A DNA stretch of 64,000 bases, taken from Candidatus Obscuribacterales bacterium. GTDB lineage: Bacteria > Cyanobacteriota > Vampirovibrionia > Obscuribacterales > Obscuribacteraceae. This document shows positions 1-8,889 of this stretch, piece by piece (position 1 is the stretch's first letter; the number at the start of each line of letters is the position of its first letter). Under the pieces are notes generated by a model. That model saw only the letters and a list, made by a program, of their open reading frames with translations, did not search any database and was not told the DNA's origin. The translations under genes were made by a program, and so were the position numbers. The stretch is taken from NCBI GenBank assembly GCA_949127735.1, contig CASBPX010000109.1:19627-83626 (forward strand), given 5' to 3'.

Positions 1-171
1 CTTCTCCCGTTTTCAACAGGCGGCTGTTGCGGTGATTGGCATGTTTAATATACGCATTTGGCGCTTCTTTTAGAGGTAATTTCGAGATTAGAATTGTTCA
101 GGGTATGATGGTCGGTACCGGTTGCGAATGTACATGGTTGGGATAGACGATTATTACTTGGTAGGGCATTG

Positions 172-1917
172 ATGAGTGACTCAGGCGGCGAAGCAAGCAA
201 GCAAGAGCCAGAGCCAGTTCCACCGGCCGAGCAAGCTGGCGGTGCGGAAGAATCACGCGGCAAGAAGCCTAGAAAAGTGGCTAAGACACTGCTTTTTAAT
301 ACACCTGAAGGTGGAGAAAAAAGTGTCGCGCAAATTAAGCTCGAAGAGGCGGTAAAGCAAGCGGCTGACCAAGAATCTGGCCAGGTGGCTGGGCAACAAG
401 TTGTGCCAGAGGCTGTGCCGGAAGTTGTGCAAGAGGCCGCTTCGCCAGACGTGCCTTTGCCAGACGTGCCTGCTGTTCCTTTAATTGATGAACAGCAGCT
501 AGTCGCACAAGTGCAAAAGCGGGCAGCCAGAAGAGTGGCTAAAACACTCTTATTTAGCTCCACCAATTTAGGCGATCTGCAGGCCAAAGCCGCAGCGGCT
601 GCCAATGAAAAGGCGGCCGCAGTACCCACAGAAACCGCAATACCAACAGCACCGGCAGCTCCAGAAGTAAGTGCGCCAGATTTAGCGATGCAACCGGAAC
701 CAGCTGTAACACCAGTGGCCGAAGTTATTCCTGCACCTCGAGCGCCGAAGAGAACTCGCAAGATTGCCAAGACTTTGATGGAAAGCGATCTTGACAATTT
801 TGCCGAAGAGAATTTAAGCCAGGCCGACGAGCCGCCGCAAATAGATTTTTCTATTTCAGCACCAGCGGCGGAGGCTGCTGTTGCTACTGATACTGCTAGT
901 GATACTGAGGCGCAGGGCGATGTTGTCAAAGCTGATAAATCTGCCGAACCTGCCAAACCTGCCAAACCTCTTAAACGCGAGCGGCAGCAATTTGTGGCCA
1001 AGACTATGCTCGACCACAGCATTTTGTGGGACACCGTCTCTAAATTTGAAGCGAAAATGGAAGTCAAAGTCGCTGAACAAATTGCTGAACGTGCCGCAGA
1101 ACCTGTAAAAATGTTGGTTCCCATTGAGTGCAAGAAGCAGGCCCTGGCCTGCGGCTTTAAATGGGACGATACCGAAACCAGAGAACGTTTTCGCTACTGT
1201 GCTCTATGCAAAACTGCGGTCTATAATTTCGCCGGCTTAGAAATGCCTGAAGCTGAAGAAATTATTTTCCAGCGGGAAAACAAGAAAAAATTCACGCTCT
1301 TCAAGCGACCAGACGGCAAGTTTATGACTGTCGATTGCCCAGTGGAAGTGAAGCGAAAGCGAGACACGATTTTGCTTTCGGTCGGTGGTGTAGTGCTTGT
1401 GCTCTGTGCCCTGGCTTTCATGATTTACATGCCGAAGCCGCCCAAACCTGAGCCACAGGCGCAGGCCGTGCAGAATCCTGTGGAACCAGGGCTTACCGGT
1501 CCCGGCGAAAACCGCGGTACTAATTCTTCAAGCAAACATCCGACCACAGCTGCCACCGGTGCCGCTGTGAATGATGGATCGTTCCATATGGTTAATGGCC
1601 AGCGCGTTTATCCTACAACAGGGACAGCCCCCGTGACTTTCCCTGCTCCGCAGCAACCTGCTGTAACCAGCGACGCCGACGAAAATGGCGACTTCTGGCA
1701 ATACGACGGCCCGCCTAATTCTTCTCCGCCAGTTCAACCTGTTCAGCCTCTTCAGCCGGTGCCACCCGTGCCTGTTCAACCTCAACAGTCACAAAATTCG
1801 AGCTTTGCGCCACAACAACTGCAACAGCAGTATCCGCAGCCAGTGACAGATGTTGCCGTACCAAAACCGACCAACGGTGCTCAGCTCAAACAGGCTGGAG
1901 AAACGCCATCACCATAG
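172..1917 (+). CDS. Membrane-anchored Pro/Ala/Gln-rich protein with four basic-run+(V/I)AKT(L/M)(L/M) repeats and a Cys cluster; function unknown
   Basis: ORF 169-1917 (TTG 169, ATG 172). Four repeat copies: RKVAKTLLF (aa ~35), RRVAKTLLF (~121), RKIAKTLME (~197), QFVAKTMLD (~275). Cys cluster CKKQALAC...RYCALC...C. One TM helix (ILLSVGGVVLVLCALAFMIYM) preceded by KRKRD. P/Q-rich tail. No family recognised. Confidence 0.6.
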   Translation: MSDSGGEASKQEPEPVPPAEQAGGAEESRGKKPRKVAKTLLFNTPEGGEKSVAQIKLEEAVKQAADQESGQVAGQQVVPEAVPEVVQEAASPDVPLPDVPAVPLIDEQQLVAQVQKRAARRVAKTLLFSSTNLGDLQAKAAAAANEKAAAVPTETAIPTAPAAPEVSAPDLAMQPEPAVTPVAEVIPAPRAPKRTRKIAKTLMESDLDNFAEENLSQADEPPQIDFSISAPAAEAAVATDTASDTEAQGDVVKADKSAEPAKPAKPLKRERQQFVAKTMLDHSILWDTVSKFEAKMEVKVAEQIAERAAEPVKMLVPIECKKQALACGFKWDDTETRERFRYCALCKTAVYNFAGLEMPEAEEIIFQRENKKKFTLFKRPDGKFMTVDCPVEVKRKRDTILLSVGGVVLVLCALAFMIYMPKPPKPEPQAQAVQNPVEPGLTGPGENRGTNSSSKHPTTAATGAAVNDGSFHMVNGQRVYPTTGTAPVTFPAPQQPAVTSDADENGDFWQYDGPPNSSPPVQPVQPLQPVPPVPVQPQQSQNSSFAPQQLQQQYPQPVTDVAVPKPTNGAQLKQAGETPSP

Positions 1918-1945
1918 ATTTTAGGGTAGTTTGACTGTATTGAGT

Positions 1946-2254
1946 CTATTCAATGCGGAAGGTGGTGCGGCCAACCTTTATTATGTCATTGGGTGACAGT
2001 TGCCATGGGGTAGAAATCAACTGGTCATTAACTGTTGTGCCATTGCTGCTCATCAAATCTTCCAGCCACCAGCGGCCCTGGTCCCAGTATATTTTGGCGT
2101 GGTCAGCCGAGGCATAGCCGTCGTCTGGCAAAATCACTTCATTTTCGGGTGCCCGGCCAAGATTAACCGTGGGGCCGGAGAGCGTATAAGTTTCGTTGGT
2201 TTGGAGATTGACCAGTACCGGCAGGCGGCCTGTTTGCGGAGCATTGCTGGACAT
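1946..2254 (-). CDS. FHA (forkhead-associated) domain protein
   Basis: 102 aa, single domain. FHA signatures: NLGRAPENEVILPDDGYASADHAKIYWDQGRWWLEDLMSSNGTTVN...IKVGRTTFRIE. Confidence 0.85.
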   Translation of the reverse strand: MSSNAPQTGRLPVLVNLQTNETYTLSGPTVNLGRAPENEVILPDDGYASADHAKIYWDQGRWWLEDLMSSNGTTVNDQLISTPWQLSPNDIIKVGRTTFRIE

Positions 2255-2539
2255 ATGAACCCTACCCTACCTTATAACCTAAAACCCTTGAGGGACATCG
2301 TAAGTCATCGTCATTGTAGATCATGCAAAATCAGCACTGATTGTTCAAAATCGTATCAAGATATAAAGGCATTTTTTCTCTCGGGAACCTAAATTGATAT
2401 TTGAGCATCTCATTATTCATATAACTCGCTGCAAATGCGACGGCTCTGAAGCAAAGAATAGGAAGAACCCTAGTGGTTTCTCCAGGCTTTTCTTCGCTCA
2501 GCCTTGCATGGTATCCATTGAGTCATCTAGGAGGATGCT

Positions 2540-2743
2540 ATGACTGCTGACGAAAACAGGGCCAATGAAGCCACTCTAATTTATTCCAATTGCTGTTTTG
2601 AAATGGGCAGAAGATTTCGCAAGCTCGGGCGCAAATATGCAGAGCAAGGTGAAAGCGAAAAGGCCGCCCAACTAAAAATCGAGGCCGCAATACAGCTTGA
2701 TGCCTGGCGCAAAGTCAGGCGCGAAATGAAAAAAGTCGGCTAA
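2540..2743 (+). CDS. Small hypothetical protein (67 aa)
   Basis: ATG preceded by AGGAGG at proper spacing (ctaggaggatgctATG). Charged helical sequence, no recognised family. Confidence 0.45.
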   Translation: MTADENRANEATLIYSNCCFEMGRRFRKLGRKYAEQGESEKAAQLKIEAAIQLDAWRKVRREMKKVG

Positions 2744-2757
2744 CTCTAGTTTGAAAG

Positions 2758-3321
2758 TTAAAGCGTACCGTGCATTTCTCGAGCGAATTTTTTCTGATGC
2801 AGTGACGAAAGAGCATGTGCAGAACGCGCGTCTGACGGCCGCGCATGTTTAACTTTGCTGCTGGTGATAATCTGGTTTTGGTTAACTCCAGTTATGACTG
2901 ATTTAGCCAGTAAATTTTGGCCTAGATGAGCCGTGGTAGCGGCGGCTAGAAGCAATGCCATTGCTGCACAGGCTATAGCCAGGCGCCTCGCCTGTGGTGC
3001 CGGCGTCAATTTAAGCAATAGTTGTGTGAGTAAATAAGTGGTGCCGCCCACGAGTGCAACAATGCCGCTGCGCCCTTGCAAGCGGCGCAGCCCAGACAGC
3101 GAACGGTGCGGCCCGTGGCTGGCGGTATAAATGAAATTTTTGAGAATATAAGCTGGAGATTTAAATTCTAGTGTCTGAATTTTATATCCGCGCGTTTGTT
3201 CTTCCAGTTGATATTGCCGCAACATTCCGGCTTTAGTGGTAATAGTCATTCTTTTTGCAAACCACTCCGCTTCTCTGTCTCTAAATTGATTTAGCTGTTG
3301 TTGATGGAATTGATTGCTCAT
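2758..3321 (-). CDS. Hypothetical membrane protein
   Basis: 187-aa ORF with two hydrophobic segments (IVALVGGTTYLLTQLLL; LAIACAAMALLLAAATTA). No family recognised. Confidence 0.45.
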   Translation of the reverse strand: MSNQFHQQQLNQFRDREAEWFAKRMTITTKAGMLRQYQLEEQTRGYKIQTLEFKSPAYILKNFIYTASHGPHRSLSGLRRLQGRSGIVALVGGTTYLLTQLLLKLTPAPQARRLAIACAAMALLLAAATTAHLGQNLLAKSVITGVNQNQIITSSKVKHARPSDARSAHALSSLHQKKFAREMHGTL

Positions 3322-3495
3322 TTTTTCTCTCTCCAGCGTGAGTGATTAGAGTGAAAGCATCATACATTTTACTTGTGATCAAATTGTCTCTACTAAGCCT
3401 TGAATACACGCGCAGGGAAGCCTCAGGCTGATTCAGGCAGTTTCGCTTATCAGTCTGTGGAATATTGAGGGAAAACTTCAATACTGCTGGTGGTG

Positions 3496-5433
3496 CTACT
3501 CGTTCATCAGCTCAGCATCTGAAATTGCCTCTGCTCGTGCAAATACTTTTGTCGCTTCTTCTGTTTTATTACTTTGCGAAAGTAGAGAAGCATAACTATT
3601 TAAGGCCTGATACAAAAGCGATTTATCTTGAGGCACAGCGGCCTCAGCAATTTGCACTGCCTGCTTCAGCTCTGCAGTGGCAGCCTCATATCGATTTTCA
3701 TCACGGTCTAGTTGTCCCATTTTAATCAGCGCTAAGAGCTGTTTGCGCTGATATTGTTTGCCAGGAAGTTTTTTGTAAATGACTAAAGATTCGGTCACCA
3801 GCGGCCGAGCTAGCGGCAAGCGCTGTTGTCTCGAGTAACACTCGGCCAACAACATATTGAGACCAGCGACCTGCGCGTCGTTGGGCCCAAGCAGGTTTTT
3901 GTAAATTTCTCTAGCCCTAATGAGCAATGCCTCAGCATGCTTGTCAAGGGCTGCGCCGGCCAGACCGCGGCTAACATGGTCAATGGTAGTAAAAGTTATC
4001 GGCGCTAAAATGCGCTTGACACTTGTCTGCGATGGCGAGGCTGGCTTTGCCAGCTGGTCTAATTCTTTGATTAGACCATCATATGAATCGAGTAAAACCT
4101 GCGAATTAAGCCTGGCAATTTTTTCGTTGGTAGCCTCAAGCTCATCAAACATTTTTGCTTCTGTATAAAGATTGCGTTGCATGCGCAGAGCAGTCATCAG
4201 GCGTCCGCGGTTGCTAAATTTTTTTCGAGCGGTGTCTTCGACGCTAAGCAAGACCGAGCGAGCCTGGTCAAATAAATGATTGTCTATTAGAGTTTGAGCG
4301 ATTGTAGTCTGCGAGTTCCAAATCGTTTTAGTTAGTACTGTGCCGTGATCTGGGTCAGGCCCGTTATCACATGACATATAAGCAATAAAAGCCGCCACCA
4401 AAACAAATAGCGACCAGAATGCCTGGCGCAGGAACTTGACTTCTTGCCTTTGCCTGGTAGGATGCTGCACCGGTTTGACCTTGACCGAACCTGAAACCGG
4501 TTGAATGGTGGGCATTTCTTGAAGCAAGTCGGCAACAGATTGATAGCGATCTTCAGGCTTTTTTTCCAGGCAACGAAAAATTAGCGCTTCTAGATTTTTA
4601 TTGATGTTCAGTTCAGGCGCCACTTTATTAAAAGCAGGCGGTGTCTGGCTAACATGCATGGTCATGGTGTCGTAGGCGGTATCGCCGCGTAGTGGTGGCA
4701 CACCGGTTAATGTCTCGTACATGACGCAACCAAAAGAATAAATATCAGAGCGATTGTCTAGAGCTTTGGCCTGGCATTGTTCGGGGCTCATGTAGAGAGG
4801 GCTGCCGAAAATGTCTCCAGTTTGAGTTAGACGCGTTTGCTGCTGGCCGGCGTTTGGTAAAAGTTTGGCTATGCCGAAGTCAACAATTTTGACCAGCTCA
4901 CTACCATCTTCACCTTTCACTAGCACCAGATTGCTTGGCTTCATATCACGATGCAAAATGCCGTTTTTGTGCGCATGTTCAAGCCCCATGCAAGTCTGCC
5001 GAAATATGTTTACTGCGCGATCAACGCTTAGGTGATGAATATCTTCCAAAATCTCGCTTAAATTTTGACCTTCCAGGCAGTCCATAACCAGATAGGCCTG
5101 ATCACCGACAATACCGAAATCATAAATGCTGATGATATTTTGATGCTTGAGCGAGCTTGCGGCTTTTGCCTCATGCTTAAAACGTTCAATCGCCAACTTG
5201 TCCGAGTCATCGTGCAACAGTTTGATAGCGACAACGCGATCCATCAGCCGATGGCGGGCTCGATAAACAACGCTCATGCCTCCTGCGCCCAATACAGAAA
5301 GAATCTCATATTGGTCAGCAAAAACTTGACCGATCATGGGATCGACTTTTTCATGCTCAAGCTCATGGCCGTCGTCAGGGCATTTTGACCACAGGGTCTC
5401 AAACTTTTTTTCGCAACGGGGGCAATATTTCAA
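3496..5433 (-). CDS. Ser/Thr protein kinase with N-terminal zinc ribbon, one TM helix and C-terminal TPR-like domain
   Basis: N-terminal CPRCEKKF..CPDDGHEL. Hanks motifs GAGGMSVVY, VAIK, HRDMKPSN, DFGIAK, SPEQ. TM helix FWSLFVLVAAFIAYM. Helical-repeat C-terminus. Confidence 0.9.
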   Translation of the reverse strand: MKYCPRCEKKFETLWSKCPDDGHELEHEKVDPMIGQVFADQYEILSVLGAGGMSVVYRARHRLMDRVVAIKLLHDDSDKLAIERFKHEAKAASSLKHQNIISIYDFGIVGDQAYLVMDCLEGQNLSEILEDIHHLSVDRAVNIFRQTCMGLEHAHKNGILHRDMKPSNLVLVKGEDGSELVKIVDFGIAKLLPNAGQQQTRLTQTGDIFGSPLYMSPEQCQAKALDNRSDIYSFGCVMYETLTGVPPLRGDTAYDTMTMHVSQTPPAFNKVAPELNINKNLEALIFRCLEKKPEDRYQSVADLLQEMPTIQPVSGSVKVKPVQHPTRQRQEVKFLRQAFWSLFVLVAAFIAYMSCDNGPDPDHGTVLTKTIWNSQTTIAQTLIDNHLFDQARSVLLSVEDTARKKFSNRGRLMTALRMQRNLYTEAKMFDELEATNEKIARLNSQVLLDSYDGLIKELDQLAKPASPSQTSVKRILAPITFTTIDHVSRGLAGAALDKHAEALLIRAREIYKNLLGPNDAQVAGLNMLLAECYSRQQRLPLARPLVTESLVIYKKLPGKQYQRKQLLALIKMGQLDRDENRYEAATAELKQAVQIAEAAVPQDKSLLYQALNSYASLLSQSNKTEEATKVFARAEAISDAELMNE

Positions 5434-5476
5434 TCGCTAGCTCACTTGCTCTAAGAACGCACCTTACGGCATTTTA

Positions 5477-6181
5477 TCAGGGTTGGGCTATCCTTTCTTG
5501 ATTGATGTCAATTGCCAGGTCATTTTCGATTATCTCTTTGATCAGTTCTATTACTCCCAGACCCCTTTCGCTTTCAGTAACCATGGTGGCAGTTTCTTTA
5601 ATTGAAGGAATAGCATTGCGCACTGCTACTGCAAATCCGCAAGCTTTGAGAAATGTGTGATCGTTTTCTGCGTCACCCACGCCTACAACTGATTCGAATG
5701 TCAAATTTAGTATTTCGAGAGCTGCTTTGAGACCGGTACTTTTATTGACACCGGAAGGCAAAATCATGATTGCTCCTTTATTGAAAATCATTTCCAGCTC
5801 TAAACCAAGCTCTCTTATGGCGGTCAAAACTGTCATTTCATGTGGCTCCCAGGTAGCGACGATACCGCGACCAACCGAAATTGGTTGCACACCTCTGGCC
5901 GTTATAGCCGCCACAAAAGTTTCAGACGGTGCCTCCGTCAGTGGTGTTTCGCTGTTGACGCTAGGGTCATATAGAACGGCTCCGTTTTCGGCCACAATCA
6001 TGTCGAAGATTGCATACTGCGGAAAAGCATCAAAAAGGTCTTTCATTTCTCGACCGGTTACCAAAATCACTTTTCTGCCTGAGGCTTTTAGAGCTTTCAG
6101 AGCCTCAATAACTTCTGGCTGTACATGACCTTTAGTCGCCAGGGTGCCGTCATAATCAGTTGCCAGGGCCAGGTACCGCAT
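5477..6181 (-). CDS. HAD-superfamily hydrolase, subfamily IIB (Cof/sugar-phosphatase type)
   Basis: N-terminal DxD motif (LATDYDGTLA), VTGR, C-terminal GDAENDHTFL motif. Confidence 0.8.
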   Translation of the reverse strand: MRYLALATDYDGTLATKGHVQPEVIEALKALKASGRKVILVTGREMKDLFDAFPQYAIFDMIVAENGAVLYDPSVNSETPLTEAPSETFVAAITARGVQPISVGRGIVATWEPHEMTVLTAIRELGLELEMIFNKGAIMILPSGVNKSTGLKAALEILNLTFESVVGVGDAENDHTFLKACGFAVAVRNAIPSIKETATMVTESERGLGVIELIKEIIENDLAIDINQERIAQP

Positions 6182-6324
6182 ATAAGCTCCCCAAAAGGTT
6201 TTTATCAGGTTTTAGGATGCCTGGTTTTTTGATTGACGGGGCCGAGACCTGCCGGTTCCCCTCTGAAAAGGTGAATACTATAATGTGGTGCAACTTTACC
6301 AGCATTTCTACGTCAATCAAAAAA

Positions 6325-7134
6325 ATGTTTTCCGTTCCGGGGTGTGCCACTTTGATCGATTCTGATCTTAATTCTGATTCTGATTCTGATTCTCTACTTG
6401 ATGACACAAAACAAGATCACGGGCCGGTTTTAGCCATAGATATCGGTGGCATGAGCTTTAAAATGCTCGCTAGTGGCGAGATTGAACCTCGTAGCGGCGA
6501 GACCGGCACGCGATTTACACCAATGGAGCTTGTAGATCGTGTAAAAGTTCTCAGTGAAGATTGGCATTATGACCGTATTACTATTGGCGTACCCGGACCT
6601 GTCGGTCATGGGGGGCCGTCGAGCGAGCCACACAATTTAGGCTCTGGTTGGATCGGTTTTAATTTTGTGGAAGCTTTTGGTAAGCCAGTTAAAATCTTGA
6701 ACGACGCTGTGATGCAAGCGCTTGGTAGCTACGAAGGCGGCCGCATGCTGTTTCTCGGTTTTGGCACCGGCATTGGTGCGGCATTTATTGGCCCGCGCGT
6801 GGTATTGCCCCTGGAGCTAGGTGGTTTGCACTACAGTAAGAAGCGCACTCTCGGTGACATGCTGGGACAGCAAGGCCTGGAGCGCCTGGGCAAGAAAAAG
6901 TGGAATGCGGCAGTTAATGCTACTGCAGAGAATCTTACTCGTGTATTTCGCGCCGATTATGTCGTTATTGGTGGTGGCAATGCCGCCAGAGCCAGTGGAC
7001 TTTCACATGGCATGCGTAAGGGGCATAATCACGCGGCCTTTCGCGGTGGGTTTAGGGCCTGGGCCATGGACGGTCTTTTAGAACAAAGTGTAGATCGCGC
7101 CGATTTGCAAAAACCAGGTTGGCATGTTGTGTAG
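6325..7134 (+). CDS. ROK-family sugar kinase (polyphosphate glucokinase-like)
   Basis: LAIDIGGMSFK ATP-binding start, ITIGVPGPV, ILNDAVMQALG, LGFGTGIGAAF. ORF opens at 6160, but that would overlap the divergent HAD gene. The first plausible ATG is 6325, and an in-frame TTG at 6352 is also possible. Confidence 0.75.
   Translation: MFSVPGCATLIDSDLNSDSDSDSLLDDTKQDHGPVLAIDIGGMSFKMLASGEIEPRSGETGTRFTPMELVDRVKVLSEDWHYDRITIGVPGPVGHGGPSSEPHNLGSGWIGFNFVEAFGKPVKILNDAVMQALGSYEGGRMLFLGFGTGIGAAFIGPRVVLPLELGGLHYSKKRTLGDMLGQQGLERLGKKKWNAAVNATAENLTRVFRADYVVIGGGNAARASGLSHGMRKGHNHAAFRGGFRAWAMDGLLEQSVDRADLQKPGWHVV
6358..6393 (+). repeat. In-frame hexanucleotide microsatellite (GATTCT)n encoding an Asp-Ser run
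   Basis: gattctgatcttaattctgattctgattctgattct, with the perfect part at 6373-6393. Translates DSDLNSDSDSDS in the N-terminal extension of the ROK gene. Confidence 0.9.
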
Positions 7135-7144
7135 GTTTAGAATT

Positions 7145-7723
7145 ATGCTGAAGCTGTTCATTCTTATATCTTGCAGCTTAATGTGTGGAGTGAACTTCTC
7201 TGCACCAGCGCTGGCCGATGATGCCCCTGACCCTGACGCTCGTCCGTATGTTGTGCAATTGCCCGACGGTTGGGAGGTGAGCGAGTTGAAAGCACCCAAG
7301 CCATATAGTGGCCGAGCAATTGGTGGTGGTCGCTTGCGGGCAATGAAAAAAGAAAGTGATGGTGCCGCAGTTATTGAACTGACCTATTTGTCAAAACCGT
7401 CCACAGGTGAACAACCAGATTTAAGTAATGAATTTGGACATTTTGTCACCACTATCAAAAGCGAGTATGAAGCAAAAGGTTTGAAGGCAGTAGTGACAGA
7501 GCCAAAAAAGTCAAATCTAAGTGTGCTGCCCGCAGAAGAAGCGGAAGTGACAGTTTCAGGAGCCGGAGCAGGAGCCGGAACAGGGCAAGAACTGCGGCAG
7601 TGGTTTGCAATGGCCATGGGTAAAAATTATGTCTATGCCCTTAGTTTTACAGGGCAAAAAACCTACTACGATAAGTTTCAGCCTCTGTTTGAGAAATGCC
7701 GGCAGAGCCTCAAAGTAGAATAA
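7145..7723 (+). CDS. Secreted hypothetical protein
   Basis: Signal peptide [24 protein letters not shown], then a soluble domain. No confident family. Confidence 0.55.
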   Translation: MLKLFILISCSLMCGVNFSAPALADDAPDPDARPYVVQLPDGWEVSELKAPKPYSGRAIGGGRLRAMKKESDGAAVIELTYLSKPSTGEQPDLSNEFGHFVTTIKSEYEAKGLKAVVTEPKKSNLSVLPAEEAEVTVSGAGAGAGTGQELRQWFAMAMGKNYVYALSFTGQKTYYDKFQPLFEKCRQSLKVE

Positions 7724-8729
7724 ACCCTTTTTGTCGCATCACCTGAGCGGCAATTTCATAAGAGCGCAAGCGATCCTGATGATCATAAAGGTCTGAAACA
7801 AACATAAACTCATCGGCTTGAGTTGCTTCTTTCAAGCGCTCAAGCCGGGCGTGTATGGTATTGGCACCACCTATGATGGCAACAGCCATTCTACTTTCTA
7901 CTGCTGCTTTTTCATAACTTGACCAGAGCAAATCCATGTTTTCTACTGGCGGCCGCAACTTCATGTTGTGCCCCCGTATTAAATTGAGACCTCGTTGCAT
8001 AGGAGTGGTAGCGAGATATTGCGCTTGCTCATCGTCAGCCGCAGCTACTAGTGGCACCCCGACTATGACGTAAGGTTTGGCTAAGTTTGTCGAGGCTTTG
8101 AAGCGCTCTCGATAAATTTTCAGTGCGGGCAATAATTCTTCTGGGGCGAAATGGCTGGCAAAAGCAAAAGGCAAGCCCTCTTGGGCGGCCAGTCTGGCGC
8201 TGAAATCACTAGAGCCCAAGAGCCAGATTGGCACATTTAAACCGCTGCCCGGGTAGGCCTTTACTTTTTGATCTGCTGTAGGAGGGCCGAGATAGCGTTG
8301 CAGTTCGGCTAATAGTTCAGGAAAATCGTGACCAGTGGTTTCTAGATGACGGCGAAGTGCGAATGAAGTGGCTGGATTTGTGCCAGGGGCACGGCCCAGC
8401 CCTAAGTCTATGCGGCCCGGATAGAGCGATTCTAGAGTGCCGAATTGTTCAGCGATCACCAGAGGAGCATGGTTAGGCAACATAATGCCGCCGGAGCCAA
8501 CGCGAATGGTGTTGGTGCCGCCAGCGATGTAGCCAATCAGCACTGCTGTAGCGGCGCTGGCGATGCCTGGCATATTGTGGTGTTCTGCCAGCCAGAATCG
8601 TTTATAACCCCATCCTTCCGCTTGCCTGGCCAGGTCAAGGGAGTGATGCATAGCATCGCCAGGTGTCTGATCGTCACGCACTGGCGCTAAATCAAGTATT
8701 GAGTATGCGGTATTGGTTAAATTATTCAT
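7710..8729 (-). CDS. Luciferase-like (LLM class) flavin-dependent oxidoreductase, YhbW-like
   Basis: [86 protein letters not shown]. The ATG at 8729 fits the family N-terminus (SILDLAP). A GTG at 8747 is the alternative start. Confidence 0.85.
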   Translation of the reverse strand: MNNLTNTAYSILDLAPVRDDQTPGDAMHHSLDLARQAEGWGYKRFWLAEHHNMPGIASAATAVLIGYIAGGTNTIRVGSGGIMLPNHAPLVIAEQFGTLESLYPGRIDLGLGRAPGTNPATSFALRRHLETTGHDFPELLAELQRYLGPPTADQKVKAYPGSGLNVPIWLLGSSDFSARLAAQEGLPFAFASHFAPEELLPALKIYRERFKASTNLAKPYVIVGVPLVAAADDEQAQYLATTPMQRGLNLIRGHNMKLRPPVENMDLLWSSYEKAAVESRMAVAIIGGANTIHARLERLKEATQADEFMFVSDLYDHQDRLRSYEIAAQVMRQKGFILL

Positions 8730-8889
8730 TCCACTATTGTATAACACTAATAGACCGGTCGAATGGTTTTGCCTATATGCCTGTTAAATTCGTCGATGTC
8801 TTAGCCAGTCAAAGAGAGATTGAACCGCTGCGCCCAAAGCGATAACATTGCTGTTTAGTTATCAGTTTAGATTATGAGCATTGCCGAGC

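Noticed and set aside
45-1133. 362-aa minus-strand ORF fully overlapping the 582-aa plus-strand gene
   Set aside because: The product is Ala/Ser/Thr/Cys-rich low-complexity sequence with no start context. It is the antisense shadow of a P/A/E-rich gene whose codons lack stop complements. The plus-strand reading has the repeats, TM helix and motif structure.
6160-6324. Upstream extension of the ROK kinase ORF
   Set aside because: It would overlap the 5' end of the divergent HAD gene by 22 nt, and it encodes non-conserved sequence. ROK proteins start shortly before the DIGG motif.
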